Below, in pieces: positions 1 to 10,008 of a DNA stretch of 64,000 bases. A model generated the notes under the pieces. The model saw nothing but the letters and a program-made list of their open reading frames with translations. It was not told the DNA's origin and did no database searches. A program made the position numbers and the translations under genes. The DNA comes from Verrucomicrobiota bacterium (GTDB lineage: Bacteria; Verrucomicrobiota; Verrucomicrobiia; Limisphaerales; Palsa-1400), in assembly GCA_049510745.1 (NCBI GenBank), contig JBEKYR010000020.1, forward strand, positions 1 through 64,000, given 5' to 3'. Position 1 is the first letter of the stretch; each line of letters begins with the position of its first letter.

Positions 1-957
1 GTCATTTTTGCCGCCGCGGCAAAGTTATTCACCGTCGGCTGCGGTGCTAAATTCGCTGCGCTCACCTTGCCGCCGATGAATAACTTTGGAAGACCTATAA
101 GGGCGCGTGTTCTCCCCGATCCTCAGCCGTCCTTTCGTTACGCGAGGATCAGGGCCAATCGAGGTGGCGTCACTTTTCGACCGCCGCTCAAAGCTGGCTA
201 GTGTTGCCCTGCCATGGTTTTGTCCAATTGATGATGACCTCGCGGGGTTTGAACCCTTGCGCGATGAAATGCGAATTCTCGCCGGGCCATTGGCTTGACT
301 ATTCCATCAGTCCATCCCCCTTCCTCGCCCCACTCACTGACTCACTGATTCTTCTACTCACTCATTCGCTTCCAACTCCCACAACGAGAGCCGCTTACAA
401 ATTGCACCTTCAAAAAACGCCCCTCTTTGGCAGAAAATTCGCGTCGGCGCGGAAAATATTCCACATTTGTTTTCGCATTTTGTCGGTTTTTGGAGATTCT
501 ATCCGTTGCAAGTCATTATCTCTGTGGTCTTTGCGCTCTCCCCGTCCTCCATAGCTTCAGCGAAGGAGGATGCGGTCAAATCCTCTTTTTTCTCCTTCCA
601 TAGGTTTTTCGTCTTGATAGACCTGTGTTCTAATCGAGCCAGCATGAATGATACATGCAAAAGGCAAAGTGCAGAGTGCGGCCCGGTCAACACCAGCCCG
701 TGGATCGGAGACCTCTCCCATCGGATCAGCCATTCGTCGGATTCGTCGCCTGGATCCCATTGGCTCGCCAATCAAGCCAGTCAAACCTTGGACGTTCGCC
801 CTCAGGGGCGACCTATGCAGTCATTTGCAGGTGACGGCTTTGACGCAAAAACTCAAATCTGGAGCGGTTCAAGCGCAGACATGATGCATCTCCAGCGCCG
901 GAAACTACTTCGAAAGGCTGCCAAAGAAGCCGGATTCAACCCGGAAAACGAACCCCA

Positions 958-1017
958 AAACCCGGACAAATCCGGAAAAATCCGGCCAAATCCGGGTAAA
1001 TCCGGCCAAATCGGCCC
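958..1017. repeat. 10-bp-period tandem repeat (AAATCCGGnn x6)
   Basis: aaacccggac aaatccggaa aaatccggcc aaatccgggt aaatccggcc aaatcggccc read directly. Confidence 0.9.
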
Positions 1018-1154
1018 GAAAAATGAAAATCCATAAAATACCCGGATTCGGCGACAGCGACCGGTGACGAAAAACCTCACAAAGGCCGCCTCCACTCAAA
1101 ATGAAGCTCCCGCGAATGCCTTGGCCGCCTTGCTCATGGATGCATCCTTTCCTT

Positions 1155-2084
1155 TCAGTTCGATGGATACTCCGAAAAGCGGTCAACCCGCCGCGCCATT
1201 TCACTGGTGTAGCGGCGGCCAAGTGTCTCCTTGTGCCGATCAATCCACTCGGTCAATCGTGTCGCGCCCAATGGAGGAGCATCCACGTAGAGCCGGCCTT
1301 CCATCAGCCCTCGTATCTCGTGACGGGTGATCGTGACATCATGCACCAGCAGGCCGACAATCTTACAGCCCCAGTAACCCACCTCGGGCGGAACGCTGAT
1401 GATGGGGCGTCTCACGCCCAACGACCGCCTGATGGTTTCCACCAGTCCCCGATAGGTGAACGTCTCCGGCCCGATGGCGTTGAGGATTTCATTCCGGGTG
1501 TCGGCGGCCTTCTCGACGGCGGCGGAGGCCAGGTCATCCACGTAAATGGGTTGAAGCTTGTAGTCGCCCGCCCCAAACAGGCCGAACATCGGAAGGTGGC
1601 GCAGCGACCAGGCAATGTTATTGATGAGCACGTCCTCTTTTCCGAACAAAACAGCCGGCCGCAAAATGCAGTAGGAGACGCCGAGGGAAGTCAGCGCCGC
1701 CTCCAGTTCCGCCTTGCCGCGAAAATAGGGCAAATCGGAGTCAATGTCGGGGTTGGTGATGCTCACGTGAACAATCCGGCGCACCCCGGCGTCTTTGGCG
1801 GCCTGGAACAGAACCTTCGTGTTGGCCACCGCCTCGCCGTGGGTAAAGAGTTTGTGATTGAAGCGCACCCAGTAGGTGTTGATGAGCACGTCCGTTCCTC
1901 GCAACGCTTCGGTCAAACGGGCCGGTTGATCAAATTGCAATGGAAACGCTGTCACGGCCTCCCCAAAAGGGTTGGGCCGCTTGAGCGAGTTTGTCAGCGT
2001 CAGGACCTTGTGTCCCGCCTCCAGCAGGCGCCGGGCGATGTAGCGTCCCGAATAGCCGAAAGCTCCTGTTACCGCCGCGCGCAT
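1155..2084 (-). CDS. NAD(P)-dependent epimerase/dehydratase (atypical SDR, NDUFA9-like)
   Basis: N-terminal AVTGAFGYSG Rossmann motif, YxxxK (YFRGK), LRPAVLFG; ATG at 2084. Confidence 0.85.
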   Translation of the reverse strand: MRAAVTGAFGYSGRYIARRLLEAGHKVLTLTNSLKRPNPFGEAVTAFPLQFDQPARLTEALRGTDVLINTYWVRFNHKLFTHGEAVANTKVLFQAAKDAGVRRIVHVSITNPDIDSDLPYFRGKAELEAALTSLGVSYCILRPAVLFGKEDVLINNIAWSLRHLPMFGLFGAGDYKLQPIYVDDLASAAVEKAADTRNEILNAIGPETFTYRGLVETIRRSLGVRRPIISVPPEVGYWGCKIVGLLVHDVTITRHEIRGLMEGRLYVDAPPLGATRLTEWIDRHKETLGRRYTSEMARRVDRFSEYPSN

Positions 2085-2125
2085 TGTGAAAGTTCCTGGG
2101 GTATCATGCCCCGGCATCTTCAATT

Positions 2126-2235
2126 GCCAATTTTCAATTTTCAATTCCCGATTTTCAATGCCTTTCAAGCCCCGCCTCAGGACCCGGATTCAATTCAACA
2201 AACATTGAAAATTGAAAATCTTCAATTTGTAATTG
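2126..2235. repeat. Heptamer (TTTTCAA/TTGAAAA) repeats in inverted arrangement
   Basis: ttttcaattttcaattcccgattttcaatg ... cattgaaaattgaaaatc; similar tract at 20411-20450. Confidence 0.75.
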
Positions 2236-2255
2236 ACAACACTGCCCCCGCCCCC

Positions 2256-3782
2256 TCACTTCTTGCCGGCGGCCGGCCCGCGTTTGCCGTCCAGGCATTC
2301 GCGCACGACCTGCGCCAGGCGGCTGGGCGGATAGGGCTTGGCCAGGAAATTGAAACCCTCCAGCAAGGCAATGTCCTTGCCCGCCATGCCGGGGCTGTAG
2401 CCGCTGGTGTAGATGACTTTTAATCCGGGGCGTTCCGCCTGCAACCGCTCCGCCAACTGCCGGCCGGACATCCCCTCGGGCATCACCATATCAGTCAATA
2501 ATAAATCTATCTCGCCCTTGTGCCGTTCCCAGACCCCCAGCGCTTCCACCCCCGTGCGCGCCTGGCAGATGCGGTAGCCGCACAGCTCGAGGATGTTGAC
2601 CACCAGCTCGCGCAAGGCCGGTTCGTCCTCGACCACCAGGATGGTCTCGTCGCCCCGCGCCAGCACGGGCGGGCCTTGGGCCATGCCCTGCTCCTGGACG
2701 GGAGCTCGCGTGACCGCATTGGCCGGGATGGCGGCGCTGGGAAAGAAAAGGGTGAAAATCGAACCGACGCCCACCTGGCTGTCCACCACGACCCACCCCT
2801 GATGTTGCTTGACAATGCCATAGACGGTGGCCAGGCCCAGCCCGGTGCCCTTGCCGGGTCCCTTGGTGGTGAAAAACGGCTCGAACAAATGGCTCAACGT
2901 CTGCGCGTCCATGCCGCACCCGCTATCGGCCACCTTCAAACAAACGAAATGCCCCGGCCGGGCTTCGGGATTGAGGACCGACGATACCGGTTCGAGCGTC
3001 TGCTGGGACGTGCTCAGCGTCAGTTGTCCGCCACTCCGCATGGCGTCGCGCGCGTTGAGGACCAGATTGACCAGGACCTGCTCAATCATGCCGACATCCA
3101 GGTAGAGGGCGGGCAGGTTCGGGGCGGCATCAAACAGGAAGTTGATGTGTTCCCCGGCCAGGCCGCGCAGCATCGGACTGAGATTCTGGATGATCTCATT
3201 CAAGTCGAAGCAGCGCTGCTGCATGACCTGTTTGCGGCTGAACATGAGCAACTGCTTGATAAGCTGGCTGGCGCGCTCGGCGGCGGCGGCTATCTGCCGG
3301 GCCGATTTTTCGCACGCCGCCGGGAGGCCGGGGAACTGGTGCAACAAATCGGCATGGCCCTGAATTATCGTCAGGATATTGTTGAAATCGTGCGCCACAC
3401 CGGCGGCCAGTTGGCCGACGGCCTCCATTTTCACCGAATAGCGCAGTTGCGCCTCCAGATTGAGCCGCTCGGTGATGTCGGTCGCGTAGCAGTGGACGAG
3501 CTTGCTTTCGACGACGGGAATGAAAGACCAGGAGAGGGTCCGTTGTTGCATCTTGGTCTGGAGATTCATGATGTTCTCGCCGGTGGACAGGCAATCTCCA
3601 ATCAGGGCTTTGGTCCCCGGCGGAAGAATGGCGGCGGGGGAGTCGGCCCCGAACGAGGCGGCCAGTTGGCGGGCGGCATCGTTGCAATAAGTCATGGCGC
3701 CATCGGCGGCCAATTCCAGCACCGGGTTGGGATTGGTGCGGGGAAAGGCGGCCAGCTTGTGAATTTGTTCCTCGGGACTCAT
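2256..3782 (-). CDS. Hybrid sensor histidine kinase (PAS-HisKA-HATPase-REC)
   Basis: [10 protein letters not shown]-box, [25 protein letters not shown]-terminal receiver LLLTDMVMP. Confidence 0.95.
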   Translation of the reverse strand: MSPEEQIHKLAAFPRTNPNPVLELAADGAMTYCNDAARQLAASFGADSPAAILPPGTKALIGDCLSTGENIMNLQTKMQQRTLSWSFIPVVESKLVHCYATDITERLNLEAQLRYSVKMEAVGQLAAGVAHDFNNILTIIQGHADLLHQFPGLPAACEKSARQIAAAAERASQLIKQLLMFSRKQVMQQRCFDLNEIIQNLSPMLRGLAGEHINFLFDAAPNLPALYLDVGMIEQVLVNLVLNARDAMRSGGQLTLSTSQQTLEPVSSVLNPEARPGHFVCLKVADSGCGMDAQTLSHLFEPFFTTKGPGKGTGLGLATVYGIVKQHQGWVVVDSQVGVGSIFTLFFPSAAIPANAVTRAPVQEQGMAQGPPVLARGDETILVVEDEPALRELVVNILELCGYRICQARTGVEALGVWERHKGEIDLLLTDMVMPEGMSGRQLAERLQAERPGLKVIYTSGYSPGMAGKDIALLEGFNFLAKPYPPSRLAQVVRECLDGKRGPAAGKK

Positions 3783-3791
3783 GACAACAGT

Positions 3792-5189
3792 TTACATTCT
3801 TTGGGCGGGAGTTGCCAGCGGCGAATCGGCCTGTTCGGCGGCGTCGAGCGCGTCGCGCACGGCTTGGGCCAGTTGCAGCGGGCGATAGGGTTTGGAGAGG
3901 AAGGTGACGCCGGGGCCGGCGGCTTCGTTTTTTTGCAGCATTTCCTGGCTGTAACCACTGCTGAAGATGACGGGCAGGCGCGGCTGCTCCTGGCGCAGCT
4001 TGGAGGCGAGGTCGCGGCCGGACATCCCGTCGGGCATGGCAACGTCGGTCAGCAGCAGATTTATCCGGTCGCGGTTTTGGTCCCAGACCTGGAGGGCCTG
4101 AAGGCCGCTGGCGGCCTCGATCACTCGGTAGCCGTGGCTTTGAAGGATTTCGCGCACCAATTCCCGCAGCACCAATTCGTCCTCGACCACCAGCACCGTT
4201 TCTTTGCCGCCGCGAACCTCGGGAGCGGTCGATGGTTCCGCGGCTTCTTGCGGAACCTGGCCGGTCACTGGGAAATAAATGTCGAAGGTCGTGCCTTTGC
4301 CGACCTGGCTTTCGACTTCGATCCAGCCCTCGTGCTGGTTGACCATGCCATGAACGGTCGCCAGGCCCAGGCCCGATCCTTTGCCGATCTCTTTGGTCGT
4401 AAAAAACGGTTCGAACAAACGATTGATAATGGCCGTCTCCATGCCCGAACCGGTGTCGCTCACGCTCAGGCGCACGAACGGCCCGACCCGGCGGTCCGAG
4501 TGGGCGGGGATGTCGGCGGCGGTAAACCGGGCCAGGTCGGCGCGAATGGTCAATTGGCCGCCGCTGCTCATGGCGTCGCGGGCGTTGACGACGAGGTTGA
4601 CGACGATCTGCTGAAACATTTCCGGATCGGCCAGAATGGCCGGGAGCTGGGGAGCGATTTCAAAATCCAGCCTGACGTGTTCCCCCAGCAAACGGCCGAG
4701 CATCTCCGCTGTCTGTCCCAAAGTTGCCTTCACGTCCAGGGGTTTCCGCTGCATGACCTGCTTGCGGCTGAAAGCCAGCATCTGTTTGACGAGCCGGGCC
4801 GTTCGCTCGACGCCGTCGTTGATGATGGCCAGAGACCTGATGGAGTCCTCGTCGAGGTTGGGATTCTCCATCAACAAAGCCGTGTGGCCCTGGATGATGG
4901 TCATGATGTTGTTGAATTCGTGGGCCAGGCCGGCGGCCAGTTGGCCGACCGCGGCCAAACGCTCCTGGCGCATGACAAATTCCTGGCTGGCCTGAAGGGC
5001 GCGCTCGGCTTCCTTCCTTTCGGCCACCTCCTGCTTAAGGCTCCGGGTCCATTGGTCAACCAATTGGAACACTTCGGCGTCGCGCTGTTTCAAGGCCCGC
5101 TGGCGCCAGCGGCAGGCCCATCGGTAAATCCCCACGCCGGCCAGAACCACAGCCACAGCGGCCAGGCAGTAAAAATAACTGGTTTTCAT
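3792..5189 (-). CDS. Membrane-anchored hybrid histidine kinase (TM-HisKA-HATPase-REC)
   Basis: One N-terminal hydrophobic helix, AHEFNNIMT, NARDAM, GSGLGL, receiver LLLTDVAMP. Confidence 0.95.
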   Translation of the reverse strand: MKTSYFYCLAAVAVVLAGVGIYRWACRWRQRALKQRDAEVFQLVDQWTRSLKQEVAERKEAERALQASQEFVMRQERLAAVGQLAAGLAHEFNNIMTIIQGHTALLMENPNLDEDSIRSLAIINDGVERTARLVKQMLAFSRKQVMQRKPLDVKATLGQTAEMLGRLLGEHVRLDFEIAPQLPAILADPEMFQQIVVNLVVNARDAMSSGGQLTIRADLARFTAADIPAHSDRRVGPFVRLSVSDTGSGMETAIINRLFEPFFTTKEIGKGSGLGLATVHGMVNQHEGWIEVESQVGKGTTFDIYFPVTGQVPQEAAEPSTAPEVRGGKETVLVVEDELVLRELVREILQSHGYRVIEAASGLQALQVWDQNRDRINLLLTDVAMPDGMSGRDLASKLRQEQPRLPVIFSSGYSQEMLQKNEAAGPGVTFLSKPYRPLQLAQAVRDALDAAEQADSPLATPAQRM

Positions 5190-5313
5190 TTCCAGGTTCG
5201 TCCCGGCAAAAGACGGGGCGGACTCAAAGAATTCCCAGCCATCCTACGAAGAGCGGCGAAATGTTCAATGACAATTCCGGGAAAAAAAACACGCCAGACG
5301 CATTAACGAGATT

Positions 5314-6213
5314 CTAAAAACGGACCAGTTCCTCCAGCGCCCGAACGCGCCTTTCAATGGCCGCCCCTGTGAGCCGCGTGGTGGTTTCCAGTCCAAATCC
5401 TTCGCAACAGTAGGAGGCCACGACACTTCCGTAAATCATGGCGCGGCGCAGATTCTTTTCCACCGGCCCTTGCGCGGCGGCCAAATACCCCATCAGGCCG
5501 CCGACAAACGAATCGCCCGCCCCGGTGGGATCGACCACGCGCGGCAGGGGAAACGCGGGCGAAACGAACAATCCGCTCCCCGAGGAGAGGACGGCGCCGT
5601 GCTCGCCTTTTTTGACAATAACGTATTTGGGACCCAGCCGGTGGATTTTTTTGGCGGCGCGAAACAGATTGTCCTCGTGGGTCAACTGCCGGGCCTCGCT
5701 TTCGTTCAAAACGAAGCCGTCCACGCGCCGGAGCAGTTTCAACAATTCCGGCAGCGCGATGTTCAGCCACAGGTCCATCGTGTCGGCCACGACAAATCTG
5801 GGCCGGCGCATCTGGTCCAGCACATGATGCTGCAGGCCGGGGGCAATGTTGGCCAAAAGGACGAACGGGGTGTTCCGCCACGCGGCGGGCAAACGCGGCG
5901 TGAAACTCTCGAAGACCCCCAACTCCGTCCTCAAGGTCCGCCGGTTATTCATATTAACTTCATATTCGCCGGACCAATGGAAGGTTTTTCCGCGCAGGAT
6001 TTGCAGCCCCGCCAGGTCGATGTGGTGCTTGCGGTAAAGGCTCAAGTAACGCCGCGGGAAATCCTCGCCCACCACTCCGACGAGCCGGACGGGCGCGAAG
6101 AAACTGGCGGCGACCGCCGCATGGCTGGCGGAGCCGCCGAGCAGGCGGGAATTCTCCGCCGCGGGGGTCTTGATGGAATCCAGCGCCGTCGAGCCAACAA
6201 TCAGAACACTCAT
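5314..6213 (-). CDS. PfkB-family carbohydrate kinase
   Basis: LGGSA N-terminal motif and DPTGAGDSF signature. Confidence 0.93.
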   Translation of the reverse strand: MSVLIVGSTALDSIKTPAAENSRLLGGSASHAAVAASFFAPVRLVGVVGEDFPRRYLSLYRKHHIDLAGLQILRGKTFHWSGEYEVNMNNRRTLRTELGVFESFTPRLPAAWRNTPFVLLANIAPGLQHHVLDQMRRPRFVVADTMDLWLNIALPELLKLLRRVDGFVLNESEARQLTHEDNLFRAAKKIHRLGPKYVIVKKGEHGAVLSSGSGLFVSPAFPLPRVVDPTGAGDSFVGGLMGYLAAAQGPVEKNLRRAMIYGSVVASYCCEGFGLETTTRLTGAAIERRVRALEELVRF

Positions 6214-6417
6214 TTTAGTATGAATTCAGAATTTCGCGTGCGGAGCTTAGGGCGGAGGGCGGCGGGTTCAAAGCCCAAAATGATCCCGCCGCCGCTCTTC
6301 GAGAATGGCCCCTTTTGTTCCTTAGTTTTGTTTCCTTACTTTTTGTTTTGCGGGAAGGGCGAGGCTATTGTAGCCTTGTCCGGCTGCGCTGGGGCAGGAG
6401 TGTCTCTCGCGAACATT

Positions 6418-9400
6418 ATGACTGTGAAAAGGATTTTCCGACAGGCTTGCAAAATCAGCCTGGCCTGCGCCTGCCTGGCGCTCTCGACGGCGCCCGCTCC
6501 GGCTCAAACCGGCGCCATTGCCATTCAGGCTGACCAGGCGGGCGCTTCGATCAGTTCCAATCTCTTCGGGATTTTTTTTGAGGAAATCAACTCGGCGGGC
6601 GACGGCGGCATCTACGCCGAACTGGTGCGTAATCGCTCGTTTGAGGATTCAACCAACTCGATCCCATACTGGACGCTCGTGACCAACGGCTCGGCCGCGG
6701 GACAAATGAGCCTCGACACCTCCCTCCCCTTGAGCGCGACCAATCTCCACGCCCTCAAGCTGACCAAGTCCAGCGGCACGGGCAGCCTCGGCGCGGCCAA
6801 CGGCGGTTACTGGGGCATCCCGCTGACTTCGGGCGCGACCTACAATCTGGGCTTTTACGCGCGCGGCGCCGGCGGGTTCAGCGGGTCGATCACCGTCTTG
6901 CTCGAAAGCGGCGGCGGGACGATTTACGCTCAAACTGCCGTCAGCGGCTTGACCACCAGTTGGCAGCATTTCACCCTCTCCCTGGTTCCCAACCAAACCG
7001 ACCCGGCGGCGCAATTGGTCCTGGAAATCGCGCGGACGGGCACGGTTTATCTCGACTTCGTCTCGCTCTTTCCGCAGCAGACGTTCAACAGCCGCGCCAA
7101 TGGCCTGCGGCCCGACTTGGCGGCGATGCTCGTCAATTTGAAACCCTCCTTCGTCCGCTTCCCCGGCGGCAGTTGGGTGGACGGCATCTCCATTGCCGAC
7201 GCCTACCATTGGGAACCGACCGTGGGTGATCCGGCCAATCGCGTTCCGCGCGCCAATCTTTGGGGTTACATGGTCGATAACGGCCTGGGCTACCATGAGT
7301 ACCTGCAAATGTGCGAGGACATCGGCGCCCTGCCGCTGTTTGCCGTCAACTGCGGAATGGACGTAAACCAGAATGCCGTCCCGACCAGCCAGCTAGGCCC
7401 GTGGGTGCAGGAAGCCGTCGATGCCATCCAATACGCCACCGGCCCGACCAACACCCCCTGGGGCGCGCAACGGGCCGCCAACGGCCATCCCGCGCCGTTC
7501 AATTTGCAGTTCATGGAAATCGGCAACGAGAACAACGGTTCAGCCTACAACGCCAATTACTCGATGTTTTACACCGCCATCAAATCCAACTACCCGTTCA
7601 TGCATCTCATCGCCAATTCCCAAGGCACCATCCCGACTTCCAGCCCGGTGGAGATTGTCGATGAGCACTACTATACCGACCAGGGCACGTTTATTTCCTA
7701 TGCCACCAAGTACGACTCCTACAGCCGCGCCGGCCCGAAGGTTTTTGTGGGCGAATACGCCGTCACCTCCGGCAGCGGCAATGGCAACCTGGCCGGGGCC
7801 TTGGGCGAAGCCGCCTTCATGACCGGCATGGAGCGCAACTCCGACCTCGTGGAACTGGCCTCCTACGCCCCGCTGTTCGCCAACTTGAACAACAAGGATT
7901 GGAACCCCGACATGATTTACTTCACCGGAACGCAGGTTTATGGAACGCCCTCCTATTATGTGCAGCAAATGTTTTCCCGGAATCGCGGCGACTACGTGTT
8001 GCCCGCAACCGTCGCCGCCACAAACAACAGCACCAACGGCGGGATGCGCGGCGCGATTGGCCTCGGTTCCTGGAACACTTCGGTTCAATACACCAATATC
8101 GTTGTCACCAGCAATGGTGTCACACTCTACCAAAGCGACTTTGTCGATAACGGAACCAGTGGCTGGCGCGTCTTCAACGGGACCTGGAGCGCCGCCAACG
8201 GTGTTTACCAGCAAACCGCCATCACCACCGATTGCTACTCTACCTCCGGCAACACCAACTGGGCCAACTACACCCTCACCCTCCAAGCCCTCAAAGTCAG
8301 CGGCGACGAAGGCTTCCTCATCCTGTTCAACTTCCTGGATGACAACAACTGGACCTGGTGGAACATCGCCGGTTGGGGCAACACCCTCGACGGCATCGAG
8401 CAAATGTCCGGCGGCGGCAAATCTCTCATCAGTTCCCAGATCAGTGAAAGCGTCAACGCCAACCAATGGTACACCATCCGCGTCGTCCTGTCCGGCCCGC
8501 GTGTCCAGTGCTATCTCAACGGCGTTTTGATTCACGACATCACCTACCCCAGCGGCCTCATTGCCTCCACCAGCTATTCCAAAGCCGCCGGACAGATCAT
8601 CGTCAAGGCCGTCAATCCTTACAGCACGTCGTTGCCCACGACGTTCAACGTCAATGGGCTTGACTCGGTCTCTCCCACCGCTACCCTGATCCAACTGACC
8701 TCGGGAAACCCCGCGGATGAGAATTCCTTGTCGTCGCCGACGTATGTTTTCCCGGTCACGAATTCAATCACCAACGCGGGAACCAATTTCACCCTCACTC
8801 TTCCCGCCTACTCGCTTTCCATCCTCCGCCTGAACGCCGGCGGCATCCACACGTTCACCAACCTGCAACTCCAGGTCAGCTCTCCCATCAACGCCCGTCA
8901 AACGGTCGCCGCCGTGTTGTGGGGGTGGGAATCCGGCCAGGCCAATCCCGTCAATCTGACCGCCAACACCAACCACGCCATCACCTACTCCTCGGCCGAC
9001 GCGAACGTCGCGGTGGTGGACGCCTACGGCAACGTCACCGGGGTGGGTCCGGGCACAACCTCCATCACCGCCAACTACGGCAGCCTGGGCCTTTCCGCCT
9101 CGCAATCCGTGCGGGTCGTCGGCCTGCCCAACACCCTGGTCCACCGTTACAGCTTCAGTGATTTCCCTGGCAGCAACACCGTCGCCGATTCGGTGGGCGG
9201 TTCTGCCTGGAACGGCACGTTGCCCAATGGCGGGACCTTCGGCAGCGGCCAATTGACCCTGGCTTCGGCCAGCCAGCAATATGTCCAGTTGCCCGCCGGA
9301 ATCCTTAGCAACTACACCGCCGTGACCATTGAGGCCTGGGTGACCTTCCCGGACCAGCTTCCGGTCAACTGCTTCTTCTACGGATTCGGCAACACCGACG

Positions 9401-10002
9401 GCAGCGGCAACGGGGAGAATTACATTTTCTGCGCGCCCCAAGGAGGACGCATCGCCGTCACCGCCGCGGATCCGGGCTACACCGGCGAACAAAACGCCAC
9501 CGGCGCCGGCGACCTCAGCTATAACACCAACTTGCACTTCGTGGCGGTCTATGATCCGCCGGCAGGCTTCCTCGCCCTCTACACCAACGGCGCGCTGGCC
9601 GCCATCAACACCGCTGTCTCCGTGCCGCTCAGCGCCGTCAGCCCGCTGCTCAACTACATCGGCAGGTCGCTCTACAACGTGGATCCGTATCCAGACATTA
9701 GTCTTGACGAATTCCGCATCTACAGCGGCGCTTTGGACTCCGCCGAAATCGCCGCCACGCAGGCCCTTGGACCGAACCAGCTCTTGAGCGCCGCCAGCCC
9801 GGTCATCAGCGGTTGGACTGCGGGCGGCAACCTCACGCTCACCTGGCCGCTCGCCGCCGCCGGATTCGCCCTCCAATCGGCCACGAACCTGGCGGCAAAT
9901 GGCTGGACAGCCGTCCCCGTCACCCCGCAGATTGTCGCCGGCCAGTGGCAGGCAAGCGCGCCGCAGTCCGGCAACGCGCAGTTTTTCCGTTTAACCAAGT
10001 AA
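6418..10002 (+). CDS. Secreted multimodular alpha-L-arabinofuranosidase (GH51 + lectin-like insert + Ig-like + LamG + C-terminal domain)
   Basis: Signal peptide; GIFFEEIN..DGG, RFPGG, EIGNE, DEHYY, FVGEYA, ERNSD..ASYAPLF; LamG (LVHRYSF...LDEFRIY). ATG 6418 chosen because the longer ORF overlaps pfkB antisense. Confidence 0.93.
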   Translation: MTVKRIFRQACKISLACACLALSTAPAPAQTGAIAIQADQAGASISSNLFGIFFEEINSAGDGGIYAELVRNRSFEDSTNSIPYWTLVTNGSAAGQMSLDTSLPLSATNLHALKLTKSSGTGSLGAANGGYWGIPLTSGATYNLGFYARGAGGFSGSITVLLESGGGTIYAQTAVSGLTTSWQHFTLSLVPNQTDPAAQLVLEIARTGTVYLDFVSLFPQQTFNSRANGLRPDLAAMLVNLKPSFVRFPGGSWVDGISIADAYHWEPTVGDPANRVPRANLWGYMVDNGLGYHEYLQMCEDIGALPLFAVNCGMDVNQNAVPTSQLGPWVQEAVDAIQYATGPTNTPWGAQRAANGHPAPFNLQFMEIGNENNGSAYNANYSMFYTAIKSNYPFMHLIANSQGTIPTSSPVEIVDEHYYTDQGTFISYATKYDSYSRAGPKVFVGEYAVTSGSGNGNLAGALGEAAFMTGMERNSDLVELASYAPLFANLNNKDWNPDMIYFTGTQVYGTPSYYVQQMFSRNRGDYVLPATVAATNNSTNGGMRGAIGLGSWNTSVQYTNIVVTSNGVTLYQSDFVDNGTSGWRVFNGTWSAANGVYQQTAITTDCYSTSGNTNWANYTLTLQALKVSGDEGFLILFNFLDDNNWTWWNIAGWGNTLDGIEQMSGGGKSLISSQISESVNANQWYTIRVVLSGPRVQCYLNGVLIHDITYPSGLIASTSYSKAAGQIIVKAVNPYSTSLPTTFNVNGLDSVSPTATLIQLTSGNPADENSLSSPTYVFPVTNSITNAGTNFTLTLPAYSLSILRLNAGGIHTFTNLQLQVSSPINARQTVAAVLWGWESGQANPVNLTANTNHAITYSSADANVAVVDAYGNVTGVGPGTTSITANYGSLGLSASQSVRVVGLPNTLVHRYSFSDFPGSNTVADSVGGSAWNGTLPNGGTFGSGQLTLASASQQYVQLPAGILSNYTAVTIEAWVTFPDQLPVNCFFYGFGNTDGSGNGENYIFCAPQGGRIAVTAADPGYTGEQNATGAGDLSYNTNLHFVAVYDPPAGFLALYTNGALAAINTAVSVPLSAVSPLLNYIGRSLYNVDPYPDISLDEFRIYSGALDSAEIAATQALGPNQLLSAASPVISGWTAGGNLTLTWPLAAAGFALQSATNLAANGWTAVPVTPQIVAGQWQASAPQSGNAQFFRLTK

Positions 10003-10008
10003 CGAACT

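Noticed and set aside
20..88. Integron attC site
   Set aside because: Core order is GTT...AAC rather than AAC...GTT; no cassette array or intI visible
2520..5306. 928-aa plus-strand ORF, and similar long ORFs at 16908-18842, 37888-39069, 54291-55550 and 58366-60498
   Set aside because: Antisense shadows of well-supported genes, expected in high-GC DNA; no motifs
5470..6417. N-terminal 316 aa of the 1510-aa ORF
   Set aside because: Mostly antisense to pfkB; the signal peptide begins at ATG 6418
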